A stretch of DNA of 64,000 nucleotides, taken from assembly GCF_009914755.1 (NCBI RefSeq), contig NC_060926.1. One strand, written 5' to 3'. The position numbers were made by a program, and so were the translations under genes. Positions 16,585 through 38,400 of this stretch are shown in pieces. The notes under the pieces were generated by a model. That model did not search any database. It saw only the letters and a program-made list of their open reading frames with translations, and was not told where the DNA came from. Numbering within the stretch: position 1 is the first letter of the stretch; each line of letters starts with the position of its first letter. The DNA comes from the human T2T-CHM13v2.0 reference genome, Homo sapiens.

Positions 16585-16935
16585 TACATCCCTAATGATT
16601 AGTTTTGTTGAACATCTTTTCACATGCTTTGAAGATTGGTATATCTTCTTTGGAGAAATGTCTATTCAAGTACTTTGCCTGTTTTTGAATTCAGTTGTTT
16701 ATTGTTGAGTTTAAAAAAAAATTTTTTTTTTATTATACTTTAAGTTCTGGGGTACATGTGCAGAAACTGCAGCTTTGTTACTTAGGTATATATGTGCTGT
16801 GGTGGTTTGCTACACCCATCAACCCATCATCTACGTTACGTATTTCTCCTAAAGCTATCCCTCCCCCAATCCCCCACCCCATGACAGGCCCTGGTATGTG
16901 AAGTTCCCCTCCCTGTGTCCATGTGTTCTCATTGT

Positions 16936-21057
<4,122 letters not shown>

Positions 21058-21119
21058 TATGATGCCAGCTGGTTATTTTGCCCGTTAGTTATGCAGTTTC
21101 TTCATAGTGTCAATGGTCT

Positions 21120-22142
21120 TTACAATTTGGTATGTTTTTGCAATGGCTGGTGTTGGTTGTTTCTTGCCATGTTTATTGCTTCCTTCAGGAGCTCTTGTGA
21201 GGCAGGCTTTGGGGGTAACAAAATCTCTCAGCATTTGCTTGTCCGTAAAGGATTTTATTTTTCCTTCACTTATGAAGCTTAGTTTGGCTGGATATGAAAT
21301 TCTGGGTTCAAAATTCTTTTCTTTAAGAATGTTGAATATTGGCCCCTGCTGTCTTCTGGCTTGTGGGGTTTCTGCAGAGAGATCTTCTCTTAGTCTGATG
21401 GGCTTCCCTTTGTGGATAACCCCACCTTTCCCTCTGGTGACCCTTAATATTTTCTTTTTCATTTCAACCTTGGTGAATCTGATGATTATATGTCTTGGGG
21501 TTGCTCTTCTCAAGGAGTATCATTGTGATGTTCTCTGTATTTCCTGAATTTGAATGTTGACTGTCTTGCTAGGTTGGGGAAGTTCTCCTGGATAATATCC
21601 TGAAGAGAGTCTTCCAACCTGGTTCCATTCTCCCTGTCACTTTCAAGTTAACCAATCAAACGTAGATTTGCTCTTTTCACATAGTCCCAATTTCTTGGAG
21701 GCTTTGCTCATTTCTTTTCACTCTTTTTTCTCTAGTCTTGTCTTCTCACTTTATTCCATTGAGTTGATCTTCAATCTCTGATAACCTTTCTTCTGCTTGA
21801 TTGATTCGGGTATTGATACTTGTGTATGCTTCACAAAGTTCTCGTGCTGTTTTTCATCTCCATCAGATCATTTATGTTCTTCTCTAAGCCGGTTATTCTA
21901 GTTAGCAATTCATCTAACCTTTTTTCAAGGTTCTTAGCTTCCTTGCATTAGGTTAGACTATCCTCCTTTAGCTCAGAAGAGTTTGTTATTTTCCACCTTC
22001 TGAAGCCTACTTATGTCAATTTGTCAAACTCATTCTCCATCCAGTTTTGTTCCCTTGCTGGCAAGGAGTTGTGATCCTTTGGAGGAGAAGAGGTGTTCTG
22101 GTTTTTGGAATTTTCAGCCTTTTTGCACTGGTTTCTCCCCAT
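21120..22142 (-). pseudogene. L1 ORF1p of the L1PA7, frameshifted
   Basis: ATG at 22142 ('ggtttctccccat'); fragment 21085-21513 RRATPRHIIIRF..PRISYPAKLSFISEG, then off-frame. Confidence 0.9.
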
Positions 22143-23441
22143 CTTTGTGGATTTATCTACCTTGGTCTTTGATGTTGACGATGTTTATACTATTCCTTTC
22201 TGTTTGTTAGTTTTCTTTCTAACACTCAGGCTCCTCTTCTGCAGGTCTGCTGGAGTTTGCTGGAGGTCCACTTCAGACTCTGTTTGCTTGGGTATCACCA
22301 GTGGAGGCTGCACAACAACAAAGATTGCTGCCTGTTCCTACCTCTGGAAGCTTCATCCCAGAGGGACACCCACCAGATGCCAGCCAGAGCTCTCCTGTAT
22401 GAGGTGTCTGTTGGCCCCTACTGGGAGGTGTCTCCAGTCTGGATACATGAGGGCCAGGGACCCACCTGAGGAGGCAGTCTGTCCTTTATCAGAGCTCAAA
22501 TGCTGTGGTTGGAGAACCGCTGCTCACTTCAGAGTAGTCAAGCAGGGACATTTAAGTCTGCTGAAGCTGTACCCACAGCTGCCCCTTCCCCCAGGTGCTC
22601 TGTCCTATGGAGCTGAGGTAGGCTCCACCCAGTTCGATCTTCCTGTGGCTTTGTTTACACCGTGTGGGTAAAACCACCTACTCAAGCCTCAGCAATGGTG
22701 GATGCCCCTCCCCCCACCAAGCTCCATTGTCCCAGGCTGATCTCAGACTGCTGATCTCAGACTGCTGTGTTAGCAGCAACAATTTCAAGCCAGTGGATCT
22801 TAGCTTGCTGGGCTCCATGGGGGTGGAACCCACTGAGCCAGGCACCAGAGAGAATCTCCTGGTCTGCTGGTTGTGAAGACCATGGGAAAACCACAGTATT
22901 GGCCAAAATGCACTGTTCATTCTGGTACAGTCTCTTATGGCTTCCCTCGGCTAGGAAAAGGAAATCCCCTGACCCGTTGCACTTCCTGGGTGAGACCCAC
23001 CTCACCCTGCTTTGGCTCACCCTCTGTGAGCTGCACCCACTGTCCAACCAGTCCCAGTGAGATGAACCAGGTACCTCACTTGGAAATGCAGGAATCATCC
23101 GCTTTCTGCCTTGATCTCGCTGAGAGCTGCAGACCAGAGCTGTTCCTATTCAGCCATCTTGCCAGCACAAAAACTATTATTGAGTTTTAAGAGTTCTTTA
23201 TATATTCTGAATATTAATTGTCAGATATATGATTTGAAAATATTTTCTCTCACTCTGTTGGCTGCCTTTTTACTCTGTTGATGTTGTTTTTTCATGCACA
23301 AAATTTTATGAAGTCCAATTTTTGTATTTTTTTTCTTTTGTTGAGTGTGCCTTTGGTGTCATAACCAACAAATACAATAGTGTGAAGCTTTTGTCCTACA
23401 TTTTCTTCTAAGAGTTTTATAGTTTTAGATCTTACATTTAG

Positions 23442-23778
<337 letters not shown>

Positions 23779-24485
23779 TTTGATCCAATTTGAGTTCATT
23801 TTGTATGTGATGTTATGTAAGGGTCCAACTTCATTCTTGTGCATGTGGATATGTTTGAGATACCACCTCACACCTCTTGGAATGACTACCATTTAAAAAA
23901 GCAGAAAATAACAGGTATTGGTGAGCATGTGGAGAAATTGGAACGCTTGTTTTGATGAGAATATAAAATGGTACAGCTGCTGTGGAAAGCATTATGGTGG
24001 TTCCCCAAAAAATTAAACATAGAACTACATAATCCAGCAATACTATTGTGGGGTATATATCCAAAAGGATTGAAAATGGAGTCTTGAAGAGATATTTGTA
24101 TATCCATGTTCATAGCAGCATTATTCACAATTGCCAAAATGTGGAAGCAACCCAGATGTCCATCAGTGGATGAATAAACAAGATATCACACACACATACA
24201 TGCACACACACACACGCACAATCACACACAATGGAATACTATGGAATACTATTCAACTTTAGAAAATAGAATGGTGGTTGACAAGGGTTCAGGAGAGGGT
24301 GAAATAGGGAGTTATTGTTTAATGGGTATAGAGTTTGTTTTACAAGATGAAAAGATATATGGAGATACTTGATGGTGATGGATGCACAACATGAATGCAC
24401 TTAATATCACTGAAAGGCACACTTAAAATGGTTATAATGGTAAATTTTATGTTATGTGTGTTTTGCCATGATCAGAAATTGAAAA

Positions 24486-26692
<2,207 letters not shown>

Positions 26693-29600
26693 TAGCACAC
26701 ACAAAAAAAGAATGGACTCAGGGGAAGATGGGCACAGCCCTGAGATCTGGCTTTCCAGGCAGTGGCCTCCCATGCCGATCTCTAAGTCTTCTGGTTGACA
26801 TTCAGTAATCATTCTTTTCTGCTTTCTGACCACTTCAATGAAAGGATATGTGAGAAAAATCACGGGATGCCCTTCCTGTGAAGCACAGCCATCAGGTGGC
26901 ATTTTATTTCAGGATGCACCTGCCAAGCCACTTACCAAAGCTGCCGCTGCCCAGAGGCAGCCCTTAGTGGACTCCCAACTCCCTGAAGCGCCTCACTTTG
27001 TATCTCCTCTATCTGCCTGGCAAACCCCTGCCACTCACATTTTGGTCACTACTTAGTTTTCACTCATATTTATCAACAAAGACGTTTATTAAATTTTAAC
27101 AAATCCTTGAGCGAGAAATATGGAAACTTACTGATGAAGTTATAAATTTAAGTACACAAATGGTAGGATGAGGCAGGATGATTTTTCTAATAATGAAACA
27201 TGTTTGATATTGGAAAAGTCATGTTAATTTTGTTAATTTCGTGATTAAACTACTATCTATTACAGTCAATTTTGCAAAGGAAAATTGAGTGAGGTTATGT
27301 TACTCAGAAATTCTAACTTTCTTAGATCCTGTTTTAGTTTATTTTAATTGGGTGACTTTATTATTGCATCATTGTGCCCTTTTCTGTTTTTACTTTATAT
27401 ACTAGATTGTTTATAGTGCAGACACACAGGCTTGCTAAAGAGACACTTTTAAAGCAGTTTTCAGCTGTCTTTTGGGAGTAATTAGAGAATACCTTCAGGG
27501 CAATGGTCTCATTTAGATATTCAGTTACAAACCTTTCCATCTTAAGCATGCTACCAAATGGCTTTTGAATGTTTCTGAAGTATTATTTATTTTAAAAATA
27601 TTCTGGTTATGAAACAACTGAAAACATCATCACCTATACGTGCAGTGCCTTGCAGCTTTGAAATACTTTCTCCCCTCCTGTCCGAGGCCATCCTGGACAG
27701 TGGGGGGCATGGGCTGCGGTCTCTTTCCTGGGCCTTCCTTCCTCCCTGGTCTTTGCTGACCCACAGCGGCACCTCCTTCCTCTCATCCTGTCTGAACTAT
27801 TCAGCCTGTCCTTTGGTACCAGCCCGACCTGGGGGATGATCCCTTCTCAGATATTACAGAGAAACCATCCCGAAGTCGCAAGTATTTCCTTGCCAGTCTA
27901 GGGCCCTGACAGCACGTTCTCTGCTTTCTTCTGGGGATGGGAAGGGCATGTTGATGTGGATTCCAACTCAGTTCAAGACATTGACTTTTATAGCAATGTG
28001 GGGCTTCATCTGTGTACTCATCTCTCTCCTCTTTAAGGCCTGTTTCAGAAATGTCCAGGAAGCTTGGAGTCTCAAGCCTGCTAGCGCTGATGTTTTTGAC
28101 TCAAGTAGTCCTGTATCTCTCATTCCAGTGTCATTGCTCAGCCATGACCAAACCCACGCAGGGTTTGGAGGACACTCAGGGTGCAAAATGCAAGCCCTTC
28201 TGGCAGTCCTGTTCATCACTGGCCTTCAACTTTGCTAAGAACGCATGACCTTCTCTGAGCCTGTCCCATTATCCGTAAGTGACACACATTCTCAGCAGCA
28301 GGTTGCTGCGAAGCAGATAGCAACGGGCAAGTGGCAGATGCTCAGTCCAAGACACTGCCTCCTCACACCCCTGGGAACCGGCTCACAGGGAGGAGTCAGT
28401 GGCCCATGACCCTCATGTGCCCCCTCACCGGCATTGCCAGGCAGATGTTTCTTGAGGAAGCTAGAGCTGCTCAGAGTGATTCTTCTCTTGAACAATGGTG
28501 CTGTTTTGCAGCTTATATTGTGCAGTGTTTATTTTTTCTTAACAACTAATTCATTTATAAAATTGAGCTAAAAGTCATAAGAGAAGATAAAAAGTAATGT
28601 TTCTTAAAAACCACAACAAAGATATTACAGTTGTCAAGAGGGATTTGGTCAATGATTTTCCACTTTTTACAGAGAATGCAGCCTCCATGGTGAATTAGAA
28701 AGAGGCTGGGGTATGGAGAGACCTGGGTCAGGCCCCAACCCTGCCTGAACATGTTTGTGACTCAGAGTTTGTCTTGCCCCATCCCTGTAGAACAGCATGT
28801 AGGTGGATGGATCAGAGGCCTTGCCCCAGGCAAAACTCCATGTTCCAGGTTACCAGGTGGGAGGAAAGGAGTCAAACCATGCACAATGAACTCGACTAGA
28901 CACTGGGGATTTATGCCCAGGGCCCCTGAGCAGCCATAGGCCCCACGGCTGCCTCCCCACAGAGGACAGGCACCCAGCCAGCAATTCTCATGCCCATGTG
29001 AAATACAGGTCCCACTGATTCCCTAGGGAGCACCAATGTCCCCTCCCCCATTTCCACTGCCAGTGTCATCTCACAGATCCACTTTTTCTCTGTTAACCCA
29101 TCCACTCAGCAAGTCTTTGCCAGGCATGGCTATGTGCCCGGCCCTGTGCCAGATGTGGAAATGCAGCCATAGTCCTCTCCCTCCTGGACTGCAGCCACGG
29201 GCAGACTCTTGGGCCTTCCTGCCCTGCACCTTTCAGCCCTCTGTCTCGCAGGCTGTCAGTAAGGATGCTTTCTAAGACAACATGGGACTGCAGACTGCAC
29301 TCTGCCCTTCAAGACAAAGTCACACAGTTTGACCTTGTGGCAAGGGCTCCTGGACCTGCCCCTGCCCCTCTGCAGCTCCTCTCAGATGCTGCTGCTGCTT
29401 ACCTCCAGCTGTACAAAAACATTTGTGAGGCTGCTCAGGCCTGATTCATTTCCACACCTTTGGAACTTTGCTGAAATTTCTCTTCCTGCTGACGTTGCCC
29501 GATTCCTGCATGAAGAGTGCTGATTCCACCTATCAAGGCTCAGCTCAAGGGCACCTGCAAAGCCTTCCTTTAGCACCCTGTCCACCCTGTCCCCAGGTAG

Positions 29601-29773
29601 TGCCCCTCCTCTCTTCCTAGCTCTCTCTGCAGATTCCTACAGAGCATCTCTGTGCCTTACATACCTGCCTGCTTTCTTGCTCTAAGCCTCTGAAGGTCAA
29701 GATGTGCCCTGGGTCTCCCACTCCTGCCTGGTGCCTGACCCATCCTTATCCTCTATACATTCCTGTTGAGTGG

Positions 29774-30049
29774 AAGACTTCAAGATTTCCTCCTGAGGCA
29801 CCTCATCGAAAGTGCACAAGGTTGGTGGCAGGAGGAATGAAGACCAGCCTAGACACTTTTAGAAGCCAAGACTCTCTTCCTGTCTGCTTTCATGTCTAGC
29901 ACATGGCGCAGCATGGAGCAGTTTCTCACTAACTTGTTATTGGTTAAAATGAAAGAATGAGGGAGTGAGAGCTCAGGCCTCCTAACTTCCATCCCAGGGC
30001 TGCTGTCCCCTCTGGAAGACCATGGTGTAGCCCGCGGCGTCGTGGTGCC
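29774..30049 (+). repeat. Copy 1 of a ~275-bp diverged direct repeat (copy 2 at 31871-32147)
   Basis: Collinear shared blocks 'agatttcctc', 'cagcctagaca', 'tgtctagcacatggc', 'tggagcagtttctcact', 'ctcaggcctcctaacttcca', 'tggtgcc'. Confidence 0.92.
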
Positions 30050-30136
30050 TCGTGAGACAATCCACCCTTTACGCACAGTCGGGGCCTGGAGTGGCTCCAC
30101 CAGAATAGAGCAGGCCCCTGTTTCTGCATGTGCTGA

Positions 30137-30682
<546 letters not shown>

Positions 30683-31870
30683 TGAAGTTTATATGACACC
30701 CTTGTCCAAGAGCTCCCCAGCCCCATCTTTATTTGACAGACTTGCCCTGCCCCACCCTCAGTTGCTCCCCTGCTGGCCCAGGACTCCTGGAGACAGGGCT
30801 TCTTGTGCCAGCCCCTCGCAGGCTGGCCCGTGAGGCACTGAAGGAGGAAGATTCCACAGGCCACAACACCACTGCCTGCCTTGAGGACTGGCCTTGTGGG
30901 GCTCTGATCTGCTTCTGCCTCAGGGCTTTCCACCGGCCTTTCAAGAGCTCTCCTGGCTATTAAAACTGCAAACCTGGGATAACATTAAAAATGTTAATGT
31001 GCTGTAAAACTTTCCACGTGTGAGACTTTCACCTGAAAAGAAGAGGAGATGAGTCTGTAATGGCTGGCTGTTCATCTTCTCGATGGATTTTATTATAGCA
31101 GTAACAAGTGCAATTCCACTTAAAAGACTCTTGTCAGGTAACAGTTACAGTAGACTATAACTCAGCATGAAAAACAATCTCTGCCCCACACAAACTTGGA
31201 ACGGCCAGGAAAAAAAATGAGCATCAAGAAATACAGCTCACTGGTCCTATATCCATGAATGTTTTTGAGATGGCGGACGTTAGGGATGAACTAGGGGGTG
31301 GGCTAAGGGAGGAGGCAAGTCACATCACTCCATTAATTCATTTGCCATCAGGGCACAAAATAGGCCCTTCTGAGGACTCCAGTTCCATTTTTATCTCTCA
31401 AAAATTGTAGCAAAGACTGGGATACAGAACCTGTCAGGCCTGTTATAAAAGCAACATTGTCACTGGCAATTTTAAATAGCCAGGACAGTATTTACCTTGG
31501 AAGGGGGAAGAGGGTGTATAAAGTAGACAAACAATCCTGCTACCCAGACCAAATGGTCTCGTGGAGAGGTCTCAGCAGGAGAGCGATTCGGGCTCTATTG
31601 CTCTCTTGGACTTCCTTTGTCCCAGCTGATACGTGGCAGCTCCATCCTCTCTGACATGCCGTAGTATCCCCTCATGCCCAGTAAAGTTCAGTGGCAGCAG
31701 CCTGTGGCCTAAGTCCAACCTGTGGCTGGTTTCCTCATTTTCCTGCCTGGTTTGCCAGGGACAGAGTGGTAAGCAGGGCCCAATGCCACAATAAGTGGCA
31801 GCTTTGCATGCGAGAGCCGCCAATGAAAGGCATGCAGATAGCCACGCTGGGGTCTGTGGGGTCAAGGCCA

Positions 31871-32147
31871 AAGAGTTCGAGATTTCCTCACTTGTACCTC
31901 AGTGAAAATATAGAAGATTGGTGGTAAGAAAAATGAAGACAAAATCAGCCTAGACATTTTTGGAAGCCGAGACTGTCTTCTTGTCTGCATTCCTGTCTAG
32001 CACATGGCATGGCGTGGAGCAGTTTCTCACTGACTTGTTGAATACAGTGAAAGAATGTGGGAGTGAGAACTCAGGCCTCCTAACTTCCACCCCAGGGCTG
32101 CTCTCTCCACTAGAAGATCACAATGTAGGTGGCGGCATCTTGGTGCC
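31871..32147 (+). repeat. Copy 2 of the ~275-bp diverged direct repeat
   Basis: See 29774-30049; roughly 80% identical by eye. Confidence 0.92.
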
Positions 32148-32793
32148 ATCCTAAGCAGGCCTTGCTGTCTGATTCCCCTTTCTCAGCTGCCTGTGAAAGG
32201 TGGACTCCTGCCTCCAGTCTCCTGTGCTGGGAGCCTGGTACCAATACAGCATCTGGGATGGTGTCTGGGCTTGCTGGACACAGCACTCCAGCTGTGAAAC
32301 GTGTCCTTTGGGTGGTTATTTTACCTCCTCTGGCTTAAGAGACAGACAAACTTCTGGGTGCCATTGGCAGAGGGCAGCCAGGTCACAGAGTCATCCAACG
32401 TTATGAAGAAATTAGCCCAGATAGTAAAACCCAGGCCAGCTTTACCATGAGCAAGCCAGTCTGGTGAGGCCCTACCTTTCAGTGCATTAGACCTGGAAGG
32501 AAATATATTCTGGCATAGTGTGGCTCTCCATAGAAACAAAGATCTCACATGAAACATTGTTTTTGTAAAGTGTTCAACATAAAGACATGTGTAATTAAAC
32601 TATTAAACATCTGTTTAATGATCATGATCAGGCCATTGAAAATAATGTATTCAAATAGTTTACAATAATAGCTGACTTTCACATACAAGGTTAAAAGGTA
32701 GTACTCAAAATTGTATATACAACATTATTCAAACTTTGAAAAACGTTACAAAGCTATGCAAAAAATAACCCTCCTGGGAGAAAATAGATTGAC

Positions 32794-33364
<571 letters not shown>

Positions 33365-33384
33365 CACAGTCTTATTTTCTAAAT

Positions 33385-33525
33385 ACATTTTTAAAATTCT
33401 AGAATAGTTTTAGACTTACAGAAAACCTGCAAATACAGTACTGAGTTCCCACATACTCCACACCCAGTTTCCCCAACTGTGACTGTATTGCATTACCATA
33501 GTACATTTCTGGCAACTGACAAATG
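33385..33525 (-). mobile_element. L1MC/MD-type 3'UTR fragment
   Basis: 'gaatagttttagacttacagaaaacctgcaaa...gagttcccacatactccacacccagtttcccc'. Confidence 0.65.
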
Positions 33526-34698
33526 CATATAGCATTGGTTTTTAAACAGAGAAGATGACTCATAGTCTCTTCTAGCAGTGTAATGCATTTCACTTCTGTC
33601 TGAAACCCACAAACCTCCGCTCAACGGCTCCATGATATCTACTTATCTGCCCCATTACTGGATGGCTGTGTGTTACACTGACAGGCAGAGGCTGCTGCTG
33701 CTTCATAGCCACAGCGATTATCCTGCATTCTGGGACCAGTGAAATAAACTTTGTCCTCTATAAAGAAAGCTTAAACTTCACAGGGGTTGGAATTGGGGAA
33801 GACCTGCAGGTCTTCCTTCCCATATGCCGAAGGGCTGCTTCCAGGTGCCTGGGAGGATCTTAACTTGCCCTTGCAGATCACAGGCACAATGAGAACGTGG
33901 CTCCCACACCATTGCCCTGCTGGCCTCATGTGTTTGGACCAGGTTCAAGATGGTCATTGCAGTGGCTGCTGCTTTATCTGCTTTGCTAGGAAATAGGATT
34001 TTGAGTCCTGGCTTAGTGGTAGAGGCAGAAACAGATGAGTGCAGAAACTCCAAGGAGCTAGATTTAGGGGGCCTGAAAGTGGAATAGGGTAAGGCAGAGA
34101 GGAGGCTTGTGGCCTGATACATTCATGTTGGACCAGAAATTTAACTCATTATACTGAAGGATAAGAATTTTGTTATTTTTTCCCTGGTTCATTCATCAAA
34201 ATGTTTGAGCAGATATGACGTGCCTGGCATTATACCCTGGGATGGCATTTAAAGCCAAATCAGCTGTGAGCTTTCTTTTTCTGTTGAATTATTTAGAAGA
34301 AGCCCATATGTAATCAAATTTAGAAAAGACCTGATGGAGATATATCTTAAAAGTCCCCTTCTGATATATTTGGAAACTGTTCTGTAAATACATTCCAGAT
34401 GAAGACCAAAATGTGCAAGAGCCCCACATCCTATAGGAGGTGAACTCGGAGGTAGAAGGCAAGGGGTGCTTCAAAGTAACGCCACCAGTCCAAGCCAAGT
34501 GTGACACCACAGCCAGGACAGTCAGTCTGGCAAAGCCATGTCTTGTCTGTGCATTAATCTGACTTCCAGAAGCTAAGTGTAGCTTGTTCCAGCCCTGTTT
34601 CCTGGGCTGGTCATGGGAAGTTTAACAGACCCGAAGGCCTGGAATAAAGCTCTGACTTCGTGCCTGGCAAAATACGTTTAACTCGACATCCAATTCAG

Positions 34699-35043
34699 TG
34701 CTGAGTCATGAATGTTCAGAGAGAGCCGTGATTCAGCATCCCACCAGAAAGGCCTGCTGGGGAGTTGAGCTCTCTCTCAATAAGTCCTGATCTACCCAAG
34801 GGAAGAGCAATGTGCAGGACCTGTGTGTTAAGGAGAGTCTGAGGAGAGGCTTAGAAAAGAAAGCAAAATCACTGGAAACCAGAATGATTTTACTTGGTAA
34901 GATGACCAAGATGCTTTGTACAGAAGTGTTGAACATCTGGAAATGTTGATGGCTACAGGACAGCAAAGTGTAACATACTCACATTGGTAGTGATGGTGAT
35001 CCGGTGGCAGCAGGCCTGAGCTAGTGCCTGAGCTGAGTCAGCA
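34699..35043. promoter_or_regulatory. Pair of MARE/ARE-type motifs (candidate enhancer)
   Basis: TGCTGAGTCAT at 34699-34709; TGCTGACTCAGCT on the minus strand at 35031-35043; motif match only. Confidence 0.35.
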
Positions 35044-35201
35044 TCTGTGTTAGTGCTTCTCATGTGTGCATTACCATCACAGCTAGTCTGTGGTGCAGGG
35101 ATTACACCTGCGTCTCTTGGAGGGGGCAGGTTAAGCATATGGAGATAAAAGTTGACTTGCTTGAAGTCAAGCTTCAAAGCCTCAGCTGCTGAGCTCTGCA
35201 G

Positions 35202-35464
35202 TCATCCATCCGTCTGTCCATCTATCCATCCATCCATCCACCAATTCATCCACCTATCCATCCACCTATTTGTTCATCTACTTGTCCATCATCCATCCAT
35301 CCATCCATTCATCCACCCACCCATCCATTCATTCTTCCATTTACCCTTCCACCCACCCCATCCATTCTTTTATCCACCCATCTACCCACCCATCCATCTA
35401 TCCATCTATCAGTCCATCCGTCTGTTTGTCTGTTCATCCGTCCATCTATTCATCCACCCAGCCA
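35202..35464 (+). repeat. Degenerate (CCAT)n tetranucleotide tract
   Basis: About 260 bp of ccat/ccac/ctat/tcat units. Confidence 0.97.
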
Positions 35465-38400
35465 TCATTGTAGCAGCCTAGTGACATGAACTGATGAATG
35501 GGCACTAGGTTTTTTGGAGTCACTTTTAGGAGTCTCCTGTGGGCTGGCCGATGAAGCAGAGCTTGCGGGCCTATGCTGTGGGTAAAGTTTAAATATGCAA
35601 GAACATATTTTTTGAGACGAAGTGTGAAATTTGGAACTGGCAACAGGAGATGGATAAAGGTTTTTTTTTTTCTGTTTTTCTCTCTGAATGACTTTAAAAC
35701 TAGATTTTTTTATGTTACTCAATTAAGTAATATTTTTCTCCAACCATAAGCAGGAAAATGGATGACAGGAACATCCCTGTTCTATCTCAGTCCTAAGATT
35801 CAGTGCTTTTTCTGAGAGTGATCCATTCAGAACATCTCCGTGGGGAAGAGGGGCTGAGATGAGTTGCTTCTGCTGCTCCATACCTTATTTTTGATAAAGG
35901 GTGAGATGGTTTAGGACCTCTTGTAACAGTGTAATCTAATGAGCCAAGTGGGTTTTAAGAATCATAAAATGCTGTCACTTTTCAAATGGCCATATCAAAT
36001 TGTAGAATTTCAGTTAAAAAAAATGTATCCTAGCATGACAAGTTTTATCTTAAAAGAACTTTTTTTTTCAGAGCCAACTTAGAAACTCTTGCAACCGTGG
36101 TACCCAATAAAACTGCTGGCAGACCCTTAACTAGAGTGGCAAAAACACCGCTACCACAATAAAGAGAATAAGGGCATTGTCAGACCTGCCTTTTCACATA
36201 CACTTTGATATCCTCAGTCAGTGAGAGGATGCAGGACTGATTATATTCACGGAGTCCTAAGAGTTATAAAACCTTGACAAATATATGGCTGTGTACAGAG
36301 CACCCCAAATGAAATATTTTTACTCTGCAATTCAGTCCTGGCTGGTGACAGAGAGCTCAGGGCATGCCAAGCCTTTGCATTATTTATGATGGACGTTGTT
36401 GTGCTCTCATAAAAGTGTGAGCAACATTAGAAGGCATCTGAGTGGAAAAACAGATTATTTTGTTATTTGGTGCCTTTGTTATGTGGCATTCTTCATGTTG
36501 GTTATCTGTCTGAGACACTTCATGCTGTTATCGAAGACATTTTTCCACGCTGAAAAGACTCTGTTATGGAGCAAGATAGTAATCCTATTAAACATCATGA
36601 AGCTGGGTTCAATATTATGAAGGAGGAAGCATTTCCTGAGTCATCACAGCAGCCTCCCCATGATGGGTGTTCAGTTCTGTAGAGACTCGCATTCTGCCAT
36701 GATGGTAGACCAGGCAGCCACATGGGATCCAGAGGAAGGGGTGGGCAAGGAGCTGGAGGGGAAATAATGAGATGAAGTTACAGTGAATTTGACTGTGGCA
36801 AGAATTAGATAACAGATCTTGCTGTGGGGCTGGGAAAAGCTAATACATGGTGGAATCGGCGAGACAGATGATTCTGCGAATCCAGCCTAGAAAGCACAGG
36901 TGAAGAGACTCCACTGTCATCCGGAAGGGTAGTTAGGCTCATACCCGGGAATGTTAGGTTCCGCTCAGCTGGGAGGAGGTCAAGCCCTGGACCAGGAAAG
37001 CCTGTGGGTCATTTGGAGCCTGAGCACATCAGAGCGGGTGGGAAGGATCTGCAGAGCACTGGGGAGATGTCTAGGACACAGCCTAACACACATAAGGGGC
37101 TGATGAAGGTCATCTCTGAACAGTGCTGCCTACAGGCAACTGGCTGAACAATATTGTTCTTTGGTAACTCCTGCCTCTCCCACAGAGTGCACTAACTGCC
37201 CCGCACATGCATTTTACTCCAGGAGCAGCTGAAGCGCACGCCTAAGCTCTAAATAAGAGCCCATTGCTGCCATTGTCAGCTGACCTTCCTGCCCTGTGTC
37301 TGCTGGGAGGATGAGGGCTATGCATGGCACATTGGCTTCCCAGGCATTTAGCAAAGAGTCTGTCACAGAATAAGTGCTCCTCAATTACTAGCTTGCTAAA
37401 TAATAAAATAGTAAATGCTATAGAGGCCAAATTACTTCTTGTTTTAGCCTAAGCTCCTTAAGCTTTTAATGTGGCCCCATTCCTAGCATGTTGTTTAGTA
37501 CATAGATGCATTTACATGTACGTAGATGAGTCCATTAGTGACTTAATGGAATCTAAATTGTTTCTCGATGCACATTATACTCTTTGAAGGTAAGGATAAT
37601 ATCTTCTTTATATTTGGCCCACTACTTAGTGTATACCCTAAATATAAGAACTTAGTAAATATTGGTGGAATGGAGGGAATGAGAAATATGACAAATAATA
37701 AAGTCATACTCTGCATCAGACCCTTTTAACTTGGGCAGTGATTGAGAACACAATCTTCTGGGTAAGACTGTGAAATAGGACTCTGGGAGAGCCAAGAGTT
37801 TAAGATTGTAGTAGAGCTTCCAAAATAAAAATGGGAAGACTCCAGGATTAAGTTTTATGGTGTCCTAACTTTGCACCAAGAAGCCCTTCCTGTGTTCATG
37901 TTTAAGCTTCTTATGCTAGACTGCGAGCATTTGGGTTTTATGCTCCTGAAAATATCAGCACATCCATGGAGCACCTGGTAGAAGCATGGCTGCATAAGAT
38001 AGAAAGAGCCCAGGCCACAGAGTGGGCAGCCCTGGGTGGCCATCCTGGCTTTGTGTCCTTGGGCAAATTCCTTTAACTCTGAGCCTCAGATCCCTCATGT
38101 GGGAAATGGGATGACAATATTCCCTTTGCCTGTCATGTATGAAAATCAGTAATAACTTACATTCAGTCCCTTATACGCAGTAGATACTCTACAATTGGTA
38201 ACTAAAGAAATTGATTACAATTTTGCAAACTTTTTTTCTACAGTAAATTACTTCTACCTTTAATAATTTAGTGAAATAACATATAAATACATTGTCATTT
38301 CAAAAGTTCAAAATGCAACGTGTGAAAATTATCCTTCTTCACCACAAACTTCCAGCACACCTTTACCTGAAAGATATCTAGATTGGTATTAAATACATTA

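Noticed and set aside
22093-22671. 192-aa plus-strand ORF
   Set aside because: Antisense reading of the L1PA7 5'UTR with a non-ATG start; no protein-like features.
27100-27170. Coiled-coil-looking peptide ILEREIWKLTDEVINLSTQM before a GT
   Set aside because: In-frame stop just upstream, no good acceptor, and a weak donor.
35152-35481. His/Pro/Ser/Ile-rich ORFs
   Set aside because: Product of the (CCAT)n repeat.
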